Assembly (NCBI GenBank): GCA_043228905.1
Contig: JBHGNT010000008.1
Span: 5,022,001-5,086,000 of the forward strand
DNA length: 64,000 nucleotides
Source of the DNA: Azolla caroliniana
Lineage: Eukaryota > Plantae > Polypodiophyta
Reading direction: 5' to 3'
The position numbers were made by a program, and so were the translations under genes. This document shows, in pieces, positions 38,526-48,534 of the stretch; the first letter of the stretch is position 1; the number at the start of each line of letters is the position of its first letter. The notes beneath the pieces are model-generated. The model saw only the letters and a list, made by a program, of their open reading frames with translations, ran no database searches and was not told the DNA's origin.

Positions 38526-40400
38526 GGTCACAAGCAACAATTTTACCTATGTGTTTTCTCCACTCATCTGGGAGAGTTGTACTACAATCCCCCAAACAGA
38601 ATGCAGCAATGCGACAGACATATTGAAAACAAACGATATGGTATGTGTGCTGGCATGGTTGTAGGTGAACCAACAGAGTAGCAGATTTGTCCTCTACATG
38701 TAATCCACAAGCGATGCAACGTGCTTGAACAATCAATATATCGTTTCCTCGTTCTCCTTCATTTGGTAAGGGAGCAAGAATGTTCAGGTCCAATTCTTGT
38801 CTGCTCCTTACCATCCCCTCCGCAAAATGTAGCTACTTCTTAAGGCAGCTAACTACCTGTTCTTGACGGGAGTATTGTTCCTTCAACGCAGCCGAGAAAT
38901 TTACCGATTAATTATTTCTTAATGAGGAAGATACAACAACAAGAAACAAGAATCATTAACTTACTTGTAGCTTTTCCAAATTGTAATCAGTGACAATATT
39001 TACACCTAGAAGGTCCAGGTTCATTGAAAGAACCTAGATCTCTGTCTACAGTTGAATTTTCCGTTGGGGATCCAACGACCCCTCAATTTCAAGTTCATGT
39101 TGAGCAACTTGTTCCAGATAATGCCTTAGTAGCACATTTTCATGTACAAGTTATTTATACCATATTACATACTAGCAAAACAATACGTACCTAAATCTTA
39201 TTTCTGATTGTTGTAACTGCCAATGTGACTTTGCTCTCCATCGCATCAGCCAATGTTGCTTTCTCTAAATCAGTCTTAAAAAACTCCAATGTCTCACAGG
39301 CTTCATGGACATTTTTTTGCATATAGCTAATCAATGTCTCACCTGTATCATCGACATTGGCTTTCATTGTGTGTCGGTGTGGCATATACTTGCGGGTTTG
39401 TTGAGAGTCGGCAGTTGCATCATCAACTGCCATGCTCCAAAATCTTGCCATATTTTGTTGCAAGCTCCCCATCTTCCGACATTTTTCTATCGATGCCTCA
39501 CCATAAATTTCCCAAGGTACCCTGTACATTTCAGGGTCATGAGATTCCTTCGCTGTTTTGCAATATTCGTTTGCAAAAGCTCTGGCAAATGAAACGAACA
39601 ACTCGTTGTTGACCGGGCTCTCTTGATGTACTTTTTGGTGCAGTCTCATGCAGTCATTGTAAAGGTCTGGTTGTACATGCTTGAGCTTGACCTTGCCTTT
39701 CACTCTAGGCACTTTATATACTGCCATCCAGTCTACATCACTAATCAATCTATACCCTCGAGCGACAGACCATATATGTTGTGAAAGTCCTCCTTTGTCT
39801 CGCAAAATTTGGCGAAGTTCGGCAGTCTAGGATAGGGAGGAATGAGCCACCTGAAATAGAAAATCAGTAATTAGAATTGGTGCAAAAATAGAATTTTTAA
39901 TGTGAATTTGGCGCAAAATTACAACACTTTGAGACAATAATCTAAAAATTGTAATCTGTCCTTTTTCAACATGTATCAGAAATCAACCACTTAAAAAATA
40001 GAAACCCTAATCAGAATTTGTTATGAGAATTGGTGCAAAATTACAACAAATTGCGACAGTAATAAGAAATTTGTAACCAGAAACTTGTAATCTGAAATTT
40101 GTAATCAGAAACCCTAAACCACTTAAGGGAAACACAAACCCTAATCATCACTAAAGGCAGAAATCAACCGTACTACGAAATTCTGTCAATCAGAAACACA
40201 CCTGTTGCTACACCCCGATCTTCGAGATATCCTTGTTTGGGACTCCAAGGACTTCGCCCTCTTTGATTTTTGGGAAAGATGAACATGTACCAAAGTTACA
40301 GACAGTTATTAGAAAGGAAAAAAAAAGTTTTTTTAATAGGTAACTGATACATACCTGGACAAGGATCGACTTGCTCGTGTGTTGTAGCTCTGAAGGTGCA
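38509..40400 (-). pseudogene. Intron-containing gene relic ending in a RING-type zinc finger
   Basis: Last exon encodes CIAC...LQPCQHTYHIVC...C.GDC; 204-aa exon ORF at 39191-39805; plausible GT-AG junctions (donor 40201, acceptor 39851, donor about 39190); in-frame stops; 5' limit approximate. Confidence 0.6.
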
Positions 40401-40685
40401 ATGTCGATCTCAGAGTTTTTGTGCTGTTGCTGGGGCTTCGTCTGCGTTCATGCTCAGAGTACTCCATCTGTTTGGAGTTCGAACTCGAACTCAGGATTAT
40501 CAAGAATTTGATGACATTCAAGTTGACCTTAGACGATGGCACTATTCCCCATGTTCCACTACATTAGAAACCAAAGTTCAAATATTTGAGTATTCTCATA
40601 AATTAAATGACATGTATTTAACTAATAAAACATAAAATTTTGTAAACCATCCTTATGATTTTCCCACAAAAAACTAGTTACACAA

Positions 40686-40734
40686 ATAGCTAATTAGCTA
40701 TGGCCATTTTAGTACCTAATTAGCTATAATAGTG
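40686..40734 (-). mobile_element. Putative CACTA (En/Spm) transposon terminus with subterminal repeats
   Basis: The minus strand begins CACTATTATAGCTAATTAGGTAC...ATAGCTAATTAGCTA, the same motif as the array at 37840-38525; no partner TIR found. Confidence 0.55.
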
Positions 40735-41515
40735 TTTCCACTCACATGCTTTTACCCATATCACACCTTCAGTCGACCTCTAATGAGCTGACGGAACCTA
40801 TAGACGATTTTTTGTTTGTTCGTTTCTCACCGAAATCTTCAAGACACCGTTGTCGTGAAGAAAACCGTCCAAGGGTGGAATTGGTGCACCAAGGCGTGGG
40901 AACCGGCTCTTCACGCACGTGCGCGCCAAGTTGTACATAGAGGCGAATTAGGTACCTAGGAGGATCGAGGTAGGTAGAAATTTAATGCCGAACGGCTCCG
41001 TCTGGACCTATAAAAGGGAGGAGGACGGGGAAGAAGAGGGGATCGCGCGCAGAGAGGACGAAGTGATGTTGGACCGATTCTAGACGCTTCTCTCTCTGTT
41101 CTCCTTTCCTTTTTTTTCATAGCTTTCCCTGTGCAGGTTTTCGAGGAGGCTCGCGCTGTTTCGAGGAACGCCCGAGTGCTTCCGGCAGCACCTCCGACCT
41201 GGTCCCTTTTGTGCGACGCAGCGAACAGGCATCGGCATCTGTTCGCCGGCCTGTTCGGTTGTAACCATCCTGTGCCCCATCGCGGGTTGTAGCTTCTTGA
41301 TCAGATATTTGCTCATATATATATATATATTCATTTGTTTGCGTCTACCTGTGTCGGCGTCTATTCGCGTTCTCTGTGTTGAAGGGCCGTGTCCCTGTGC
41401 GTCCCCGGTCCTGCGTAACCGGTCCTCTCTCTTTCCACCCTCGCTTGCTCTTCGGTTCAAGACCCCCGCGGTCCCGCCTCGTTTCTATACGCACTTGCGT
41501 AATATCTCGACATCT

Positions 41516-41533
41516 TGGTGAACCCGACGTGAA
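41516..41533 (+). promoter_or_regulatory. PBS complementary to the tRNA-Trp 3' end
   Basis: TGGTGAACCCGACGTGAA is the complement of TTCACGTCGGGTTCACCA, recalled as the plant cytosolic tRNA-Trp 3' end. Confidence 0.8.
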
Positions 41534-41555
41534 AGAGGCGGCAGAAGAGCAGGAA

Positions 41556-42965
41556 ATGAGGGGATCGGATCTTGCAGAGGCCATGACTTCGGCCGTTGAC
41601 TGGTTAGTAAACGCACGCGAGGGCTCCGGCGCCCTCGACAGAGCCATTGAGGCGGTCGTCGGTACAATCGGCCGATTCAGCGGAAAGGATGCCACGAAGT
41701 ACTTGGCGTCCTACGGTGCAGAGATGCTGATGCGGGACATTCCGGAAGAAAGGCGTCTTGCCGGATTTTCCCGAGTGGCGATGCCGAGCATCCATGCGGA
41801 GGTGCTCGAGGTGCGGGCGGAGAGCCGTACCTGGGAGGAGTTCGAAGGTCGGCTCCTAGAGAAATACGGGCTGGACGACGCGCTCCGGCTTTCGAAACGG
41901 AGCTTCATGGAATGGGTGGAGTCCCCCGGGAAGGGAAGAAGCGCGTCGGCACTCCTCCGGGAGTTTGAGGAAAACTTTGCGCGCCTTTCGACGCTTGACC
42001 GAACGATCCTGGATACAAGCCGGGTCCTACTGTTCGTCAAGTCGGTGGACGAACGGGATCGGGATCACGTGGGCGCCCTGCTGGAAACCGAAGACGGGCT
42101 GACGACCGACTGGGCGGCGGTTAAGAGAGCCTGCGGCCGTTTCGACAGACGGCGAGAATGGGCGGATAACGGGGCGACCGGGTCGGGCTCGGTCACAGCA
42201 AGGAAGCTTGAACCGGCACAGCCGGTGCGAAAGGGAGAGACCCGGGAGTGGCTGGAAACCGGTTCAGCTTCGACCGGCGTGATCAGAGGCTCGACCGGAG
42301 TAGCTGCGCTGGAGGAATTGACGAGGGCGATAAAGGACCTCCAAATTGCACAAGCCCGCAGGGAAGGCGGCGAACCGGCTCGCGACCGACGACCGGCAGC
42401 GGGAAACAGATGCATGTGGTGCGACGAGGTCAGCCACATTCGGAAGGACTGCGGCGATTTCGCAGAGGCGCTGAAGAACCGGGTGGTGTACCTGTGGGAA
42501 GGCCGGGTGCACGCCAGCGACACCAGAAGGGCCCTAAACCGAAACGACGGGCGAGGAGGAATGAAGAGACTGATGGAAGAGGCGGCGGCCCGACATGCGG
42601 AAACCATCCACTACTCGGCGTCGGCCGGCATTCGGGTCGGGGGCAGCGAGGCCCGAAAGGAAAGCGGAGCCGGATTCTGGTCGGCGATGCTGGAAGGCCT
42701 CACCGGTACGCGGCTGAAAGGGCACGAAGCGGACCGCGCGAAGAAACGGGTCCGGGAGATAACCAGGTGGAGCGACCCGGTCGAGGAAAAGACGGGCTTC
42801 ATGGAAGCCGCCTGCCAAAACTACGAGGCTCTGGTAGAAGAGAAGCGGGTGGGGAAAGCCGGAACGACCGGGCCCTCACAACGGTACGAGACCCGATTCG
42901 GACAACAACGGAACGATGCCGGTGGGCCCGGCCTGCAAGATAACCCCAGGAAGGGCAGGTACTGA
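41556..42965 (+). CDS. gag: Gag with CCHC zinc knuckle, ending at a probably premature TGA
   Basis: ATG just after the PBS; GRFSGKDATKYL; CMWCDEVSHIRKDC; the same frame continues past TGA stops into the protease. Confidence 0.85.
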   Translation: MRGSDLAEAMTSAVDWLVNAREGSGALDRAIEAVVGTIGRFSGKDATKYLASYGAEMLMRDIPEERRLAGFSRVAMPSIHAEVLEVRAESRTWEEFEGRLLEKYGLDDALRLSKRSFMEWVESPGKGRSASALLREFEENFARLSTLDRTILDTSRVLLFVKSVDERDRDHVGALLETEDGLTTDWAAVKRACGRFDRRREWADNGATGSGSVTARKLEPAQPVRKGETREWLETGSASTGVIRGSTGVAALEELTRAIKDLQIAQARREGGEPARDRRPAAGNRCMWCDEVSHIRKDCGDFAEALKNRVVYLWEGRVHASDTRRALNRNDGRGGMKRLMEEAAARHAETIHYSASAGIRVGGSEARKESGAGFWSAMLEGLTGTRLKGHEADRAKKRVREITRWSDPVEEKTGFMEAACQNYEALVEEKRVGKAGTTGPSQRYETRFGQQRNDAGGPGLQDNPRKGRY

Positions 42966-43055
42966 CTGGGGACAGAAATAGAAAGGACTACGGACCTACG
43001 GAAGGTCCTAGAGGAACGGATCCTCGACAGCAAAGTGGAGCTGTCATTGTGAGAG

Positions 43056-46000
43056 GTGCTAGGGATTGCCAAGAAGGAATTCCACGACTCCATTGTGGAC
43101 CTGGTGAAACGGAAGAGGCTGTCAACGGAGACGGATGCGGGAAGACCGGTAGAGGTGAGGATGACGCACCTAGACGACATGGCGCTGGAAGATGAGTGGG
43201 CGGAGAGCCACTATTCGAGGCCACACTGGGCCCGAGCGACCACGGAAACCCCGGTGAAGATCGGAGATGTCCAGGAGCCGGTGGTAGCTTTGGTGGACCA
43301 CGGTTCGGAGATCAACCTAATGTCCATGGACTTCTACAAGAAGGGCAAATGGCCGATCAACACCAAGCATGGGTGGAAGATACGGGCGGCGACGCGCGCC
43401 ACCGAGGAACTGCACGGGGCCTGCCCGAACGTACGGGTCAAGATCGGCGACGTCGAGATTGACCAGCACTTCTTCGTACAGGAGACGTCCTCGCATCCGG
43501 TAATATTGGGAGAGCCGTACATCACGGCGGCGCGAATGGAGACCAAGGTGCTGAATAACGGTTCGGCCTATGCAAGGGTCAAAAGCCAAGACGGGCGCCA
43601 TTTGGTCCAGTTTTTGACGGTACGGCCGAACCACGAACGTAACCGCGACTCCCTCGGTTTTCGAAAACCGAGAGGATTTTTAGAGAGGACTGCCAAGGCG
43701 TGGGGCCGCGACAGTCCGGATGCTCCGGGAAAACCCCACATCTGTACGATAAAACCGTGTACAATAGGTAGGAAATTTTGCTTCTCCGACAGCGGAGCAT
43801 GTACGATAGTCGGCATCGCCGGCCGAGAGAAGACAAAGACGGAGGGGAGACTTCGAGCGTGTGGAGTTCTCGGCCCTGACGAGGAAATCAACGGAGCCGT
43901 GGAGGCGGTCTCCTTCGACGACACCTTGGGAATGCTGGGGAAGGTAGTCGAAGAAGACCTTAACGAAGACCGGACGATACCTGTATGTTCCGAAGAGATG
44001 TACGAAGTCATCGCGGACTTTGGTCGGGGGCTCGAGTCGGATCGGACGGCCCGAGTAAGCACCAAGTACAAGACTGTGGACCGGAAGGTAAGGCCAGTCG
44101 CGGTACCCTTACCGGAGGGCAGCGAGTCGCGAATCAAAGGGGTTGCATCGGACCCCAGCTTACGAGATCCGGCCTGCATAGGACACACCTTCGCCAATGA
44201 GACGCTCCGGGAGCTCAAAATCAGTGGGGGCGGGTTCCTACTACCGGCGAAGGAAGACCGGTTTCGGAGAATGCTCGGAAGGCACGGGAAAGCCTTCGCA
44301 TTCTCACCGGAGGAAATCGGGTGCGTAGACCCGACGATCGTAGAGCCGATGGTGATATTCACGGTACCGCATGTACCGTGGAATCTCAAGCCAATTCCGG
44401 TTCCGAGAGCTCACATCCCGAAGTTGATGGAGCTGTTGAAGCAGAAAGTTGATATGGGCATTCTCGAGCCGTCGAGCACCCCGTATTCAAACCGATGGTT
44501 TACCGTACCAAAGAAAAACGGATCATTGCGCTTCATTCAGGACCTGCAACCGGTCAATAGGGTGACCATTCGGAACGCAGGGATCGGACCGACCATAGAC
44601 GAGTTCGCGGAGGCCTTCGCCGGAAGGTCGATTTACTCGGTCGGTGATCTATACTCAGGGTACGACCAGTTTCAGCTAGCCGTGGAGAGCAGAGACATTA
44701 CGACGATGCGAACTCCCCTCGGTCTAGTGCGGATGTGTACGCTGCCGCAAGGAGGGACCAACTCGGTGGCCCACATGGTGAATGCGATGAACAAGGTTCT
44801 GAGGGACTGCATCCCGGACATCACCATGCCGTTTCTGGACGACATCCCGATCAAGGGATGCCCGGTAGCAGAGAAGGACGAGACGATCGGGTCGGACGGA
44901 TGTCGGCGATTCGTGGCAACGCACATCGACGACTGCGAGAAGGTGCTGCAAAGGCTAGAGGATGCGAGGCTCACCTTCTCGGGGGAGAAATCAGCCTTCG
45001 GGCAGTCGGAAATCATGGTGGTCGGACACTTATGTGGGCCATATGGCCGGAAACCGTCTCCGGCAAAGGTAGAAGCCATCTCCGTGATGAAGCCCGACTG
45101 CAGCTCGGTCACGGAAGTACGAAGATTCCTGGGGGCATGCGCATTCTACCACATATGGATCCCGCATTACGCCCACGTTGCGGAGCCGCTATACGGGCTG
45201 CTGAAGAAAGGGCAAAAATTCGAATGGCGAGACAAGCATACGGAGTCGGTCCGGAAGCTGAAGGAAGCTCTTGCAGCAGCACCGGCGCTCCGGAAGGCTG
45301 TTTACGGGAAGGGTACCCCGGTATACATAACGGTGGATACGAGTTCGACCGGGATCGGATGGGTCGTCAACCAAGAAGATGAGGACGGCATTCGGTTCCC
45401 GATCCGATTCGGCGCGAAGGTCCTCAGTGAGCGACAGCGAGGGTACGCCCAGGTTAAACGTGAACTCTGGGGTATCGTTTCGGCAGTAAAGGCCGACAAA
45501 GACTACCTGATCGGGGCAGAAGTGATTATCGAGACGGATTGCATGCCAATTCTTGGCATGGTTTCCGGATGCGTGACACCGGACCTGGCAATGCTTAGGT
45601 GGATAGCGTACATCAAGTCCCTGGACCCGGAGATACGACACATTTCCGGAAAGGACAACGCCATGGCCGACATGCTTTCGAGGGCGAGGTTTGATGACGA
45701 GGGCGGCATGGTTTCGGAGGACGAAGAAGTCGGCGTGGACTTCTTCGAGTCGGCATACGTAACAACCGACGGGACGAGCATTCCGGCGCTTCACGACTTC
45801 GACGCGAGCAAGTACGACGGGGAGTGGCTGCAGATCGGCGGGTTCTTGAGGACAATGGCGCCGGATGCGTCATGGACGAAAGACGAGGCCAACCGGATCC
45901 GGAAGAAAGCGTACCGGTTCTTTCTCCGGGATGGCTATCTATGGAAACACCCGAAGAAGGGGGGCGGCGTCCCGCTCCGGGTGGTGGCGATGAAGGAAGA

Positions 46001-47093
46001 ACAGGAGGAGCTGCTGGCGGCCTACCACGACAGCCCTTGGGCTGGACACCGTGGAACGTGGGCCACGTTCGAGAAACTAAAGGGGAAATACTGGTGGTCG
46101 GGATTGTACCGGGACGTGCATCGGTTCGTGACGACTTGCGAAAACTGTCAGATGCACTCCGTAGTCCGACACCGGGACGAGCTTCACCCTACGTACCCTC
46201 CGACCATCCACTTCAAATGGATGGTAGATCTGGTGACGATGCCAATGGGGGTAGGACAGATGCGGTATCTGGTCCTAGCGCGGGAGGATCTGACGAACCA
46301 GGTGGAAGGCCGAGCCCTTCAGAACAAAACGACCGCGGCCGTATGTCGGTTCCTAATCGAGGACGTGATATGCCGGTACGGGTGCATCAAGAAGATCGTG
46401 GCTGACCGAGGGGAGTTGGACGCCGAAGAAGCCGCGGAGCTGTTCGACCGGCTGGGAGTCAAGCTCTCGCTCACCACTGCGTACAATCCGGAGGCGAATG
46501 GAAAGGTGGAGCGCGGACACGGGCCGATCATCAAGGCGTTGGTTCGGGCATGCGGAGGCCAAGTCGGTAACTGGCCGCGGCTGCTACCTTATGCTTTGTG
46601 GGCAGACCGGACTACGCACAGTTCGGTAACCGGGTACATGCCGACGGAGCTTATGTTCGGCCAGAAGCCGATCATGCCGATGGAATGGACGATCTCCTCA
46701 TGGGCAACGGTCGATTGGAGGGACGAGATGAGTCGGGAGGAGTTGTTGGCCGCGCGTATACGACAACTCGAGCGGAGACCGGAGGACGTGGAGCTGGCTG
46801 CGGAGAAGCTCCGGGTGGCGAGGACAAAGAACAAAGCCAGGTTCGACCGAACGCACCGGCTCCGACCGAAGAAGATCGAGGAAGGTGACTGGGTGCTCGT
46901 CTACGACAGCAGCCTCGATAACCAGCACCGGGCTACACGGAAGTTCGCGCGTACGCGGTACAAAGCGCCAACGACAACGGAACGTATCACCTGGCGGAAC
47001 TCGACGGCACGAGAATGGCGATACCCGTGGCTGGAAAGAGGATCAAAGCCTTCAAGAAGCGACACGACGACGAGCCAGACCCGGTTCTCCTAG
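43056..47093 (+). CDS. pol: PR-RT-RH-INT polyprotein with C-terminus frameshifted by a small deletion
   Basis: LVDHGSEIN protease, FLDD RT, TVDTS RNase H, HHCC (YHD..GH..CENC) and ADRG..NGKVER integrase core. Confidence 0.92.
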   Translation: MLGIAKKEFHDSIVDLVKRKRLSTETDAGRPVEVRMTHLDDMALEDEWAESHYSRPHWARATTETPVKIGDVQEPVVALVDHGSEINLMSMDFYKKGKWPINTKHGWKIRAATRATEELHGACPNVRVKIGDVEIDQHFFVQETSSHPVILGEPYITAARMETKVLNNGSAYARVKSQDGRHLVQFLTVRPNHERNRDSLGFRKPRGFLERTAKAWGRDSPDAPGKPHICTIKPCTIGRKFCFSDSGACTIVGIAGREKTKTEGRLRACGVLGPDEEINGAVEAVSFDDTLGMLGKVVEEDLNEDRTIPVCSEEMYEVIADFGRGLESDRTARVSTKYKTVDRKVRPVAVPLPEGSESRIKGVASDPSLRDPACIGHTFANETLRELKISGGGFLLPAKEDRFRRMLGRHGKAFAFSPEEIGCVDPTIVEPMVIFTVPHVPWNLKPIPVPRAHIPKLMELLKQKVDMGILEPSSTPYSNRWFTVPKKNGSLRFIQDLQPVNRVTIRNAGIGPTIDEFAEAFAGRSIYSVGDLYSGYDQFQLAVESRDITTMRTPLGLVRMCTLPQGGTNSVAHMVNAMNKVLRDCIPDITMPFLDDIPIKGCPVAEKDETIGSDGCRRFVATHIDDCEKVLQRLEDARLTFSGEKSAFGQSEIMVVGHLCGPYGRKPSPAKVEAISVMKPDCSSVTEVRRFLGACAFYHIWIPHYAHVAEPLYGLLKKGQKFEWRDKHTESVRKLKEALAAAPALRKAVYGKGTPVYITVDTSSTGIGWVVNQEDEDGIRFPIRFGAKVLSERQRGYAQVKRELWGIVSAVKADKDYLIGAEVIIETDCMPILGMVSGCVTPDLAMLRWIAYIKSLDPEIRHISGKDNAMADMLSRARFDDEGGMVSEDEEVGVDFFESAYVTTDGTSIPALHDFDASKYDGEWLQIGGFLRTMAPDASWTKDEANRIRKKAYRFFLRDGYLWKHPKKGGGVPLRVVAMKEEQEELLAAYHDSPWAGHRGTWATFEKLKGKYWWSGLYRDVHRFVTTCENCQMHSVVRHRDELHPTYPPTIHFKWMVDLVTMPMGVGQMRYLVLAREDLTNQVEGRALQNKTTAAVCRFLIEDVICRYGCIKKIVADRGELDAEEAAELFDRLGVKLSLTTAYNPEANGKVERGHGPIIKALVRACGGQVGNWPRLLPYALWADRTTHSSVTGYMPTELMFGQKPIMPMEWTISSWATVDWRDEMSREELLAARIRQLERRPEDVELAAEKLRVARTKNKARFDRTHRLRPKKIEEGDWVLVYDSSLDNQHRATRKFARTRYKAPTTTERITWRNSTAREWRYPWLERGSKPSRSDTTTSQTRFS

Positions 47094-48534
47094 ACAGCAG
47101 CGACGACCGATCCGAGACCGAGGAAGGACCGATGGGCGAAGAGTGAAGGCGGGCCGGTTTTCTCCGTCCCAACTTAATTGGCGCATGCCGGTGGACGCGC
47201 GGTTAGGTGGGGGCGGATGTCGTGAAGAAAATCGTCCAAGGGTGGAATTGGTGCACCAAGGCGTGGGAACCGGCTCTTCACGCACGTGCGCGCCAAGTTG
47301 TACATAGAGGCGAATTAGGTACCTAGGAGGATCGAGGTAGGTAGAAATTTAATGCCGAACGGCTCCGTCTGGACCTATAAAAGGGAGGAGGACGGGGAAG
47401 AAGAGGGGATCGCGCGCAGAGAGGACGAAGTGCTGTCGGACCGATTCTAGACGCTTCTCTCTCTGTTCTCCTTTCCTTTTTTTTCATAGCTTTCCCTGTG
47501 CAGGTTTTCGAGGAGGCTCGCGCTGTTTCGAGGAACGCCCGAGTGCTTCCGGCAGCACCTCCGACCTGGTCCCTTTTGTGCGACGCAGCGAACAGGCATC
47601 GGCATCTGTTCGCCGGCCTGTTCGGTTGTAACCATCCTGTGCCCCATCGCGGGTTGTAGCTTCTTGATCAGATATTTGCTCATATATATATATATATTCA
47701 TTTGTTTGCGTCTACCTGTGTCGGCGTCTATTCGCGTTCTCTGTGTTGAAGGGTCGTGTCCCTGTGCGTCCCCGGTCCTGCGTAACCGGTCCTCTCTCTT
47801 TCCACCCTCGCTTGCTCTTCGGTTCAAGACCCCCGCGGTCCCGCCTCGTTTCTATACGCACTTGCGTAATATCTCGACACCGTGTGTTGCGACCAACCTA
47901 TCCAACTGACCTGACGGATCTGTTTGTCTGGTTCCAACAGGTTAGATCCGATCGGGTCTGTCCTGACCGGTTCGATCCACATCTGATCTGCATTCTGTCC
48001 GGTTTGGTTCGGATCTGTCCGTCCGGATGCATCCAGCCCAATTCGATTCCAGTTCCGTTGCTGTTCGTCCGGTCCGGTTCTCCAAAACCATTACGAGTAG
48101 CTAAGCCACATCCATCCATCCGAATAGTTTAGCCCAAGTCACCTTGAACATTTTGTGCTCCACACATAGACAAAAAGTAATAAGTTCTGGCTCTGCTTAT
48201 ATACTGTGGGATCTTGATTTGTCCTATCTATGTGGGATATCTCACAGTTTTGTTTTTCTCTTCTTCTTCTCAAACTTCACACTCACATAACTTAACATTT
48301 AGCTGTCTATTTCAAATGTAGTAAAGTACATTCATAAGCTCTTGAAGACATCTATCTTTTCGTACCAAGATATTAAACTAATATAAAACAGTATCCTCAC
48401 TATTATTGTTTCATATTGTGTGTGAAGAACCACACTTGATTTTGTACATTCCATGCAATTTTCACATTGTTGCCGAAAGTCTTCTTGCAAAGTTTCTTGT
48501 TGTCCTGTGTTGATTGTCAAGGCTATTGTCGTAG

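Larger units (their letters stand above)
40851..47879 (+). mobile_element. Young full-length non-chromoviral Ty3/Gypsy with tRNA-Trp PBS
   Basis: 662-bp nearly identical LTRs at 40851-41512 and 47218-47879; 4-bp TSD CCGT; PBS at 41516-41533; PPT AGGTGGGGGCGGA ending at 47217. Confidence 0.96.

Noticed and set aside
41080-47827. Numerous overlapping antisense and alternate-frame ORFs, and ORFs inside the LTRs
   Set aside because: Expected shadows of GC-rich gag-pol coding sequence; no domains recognised
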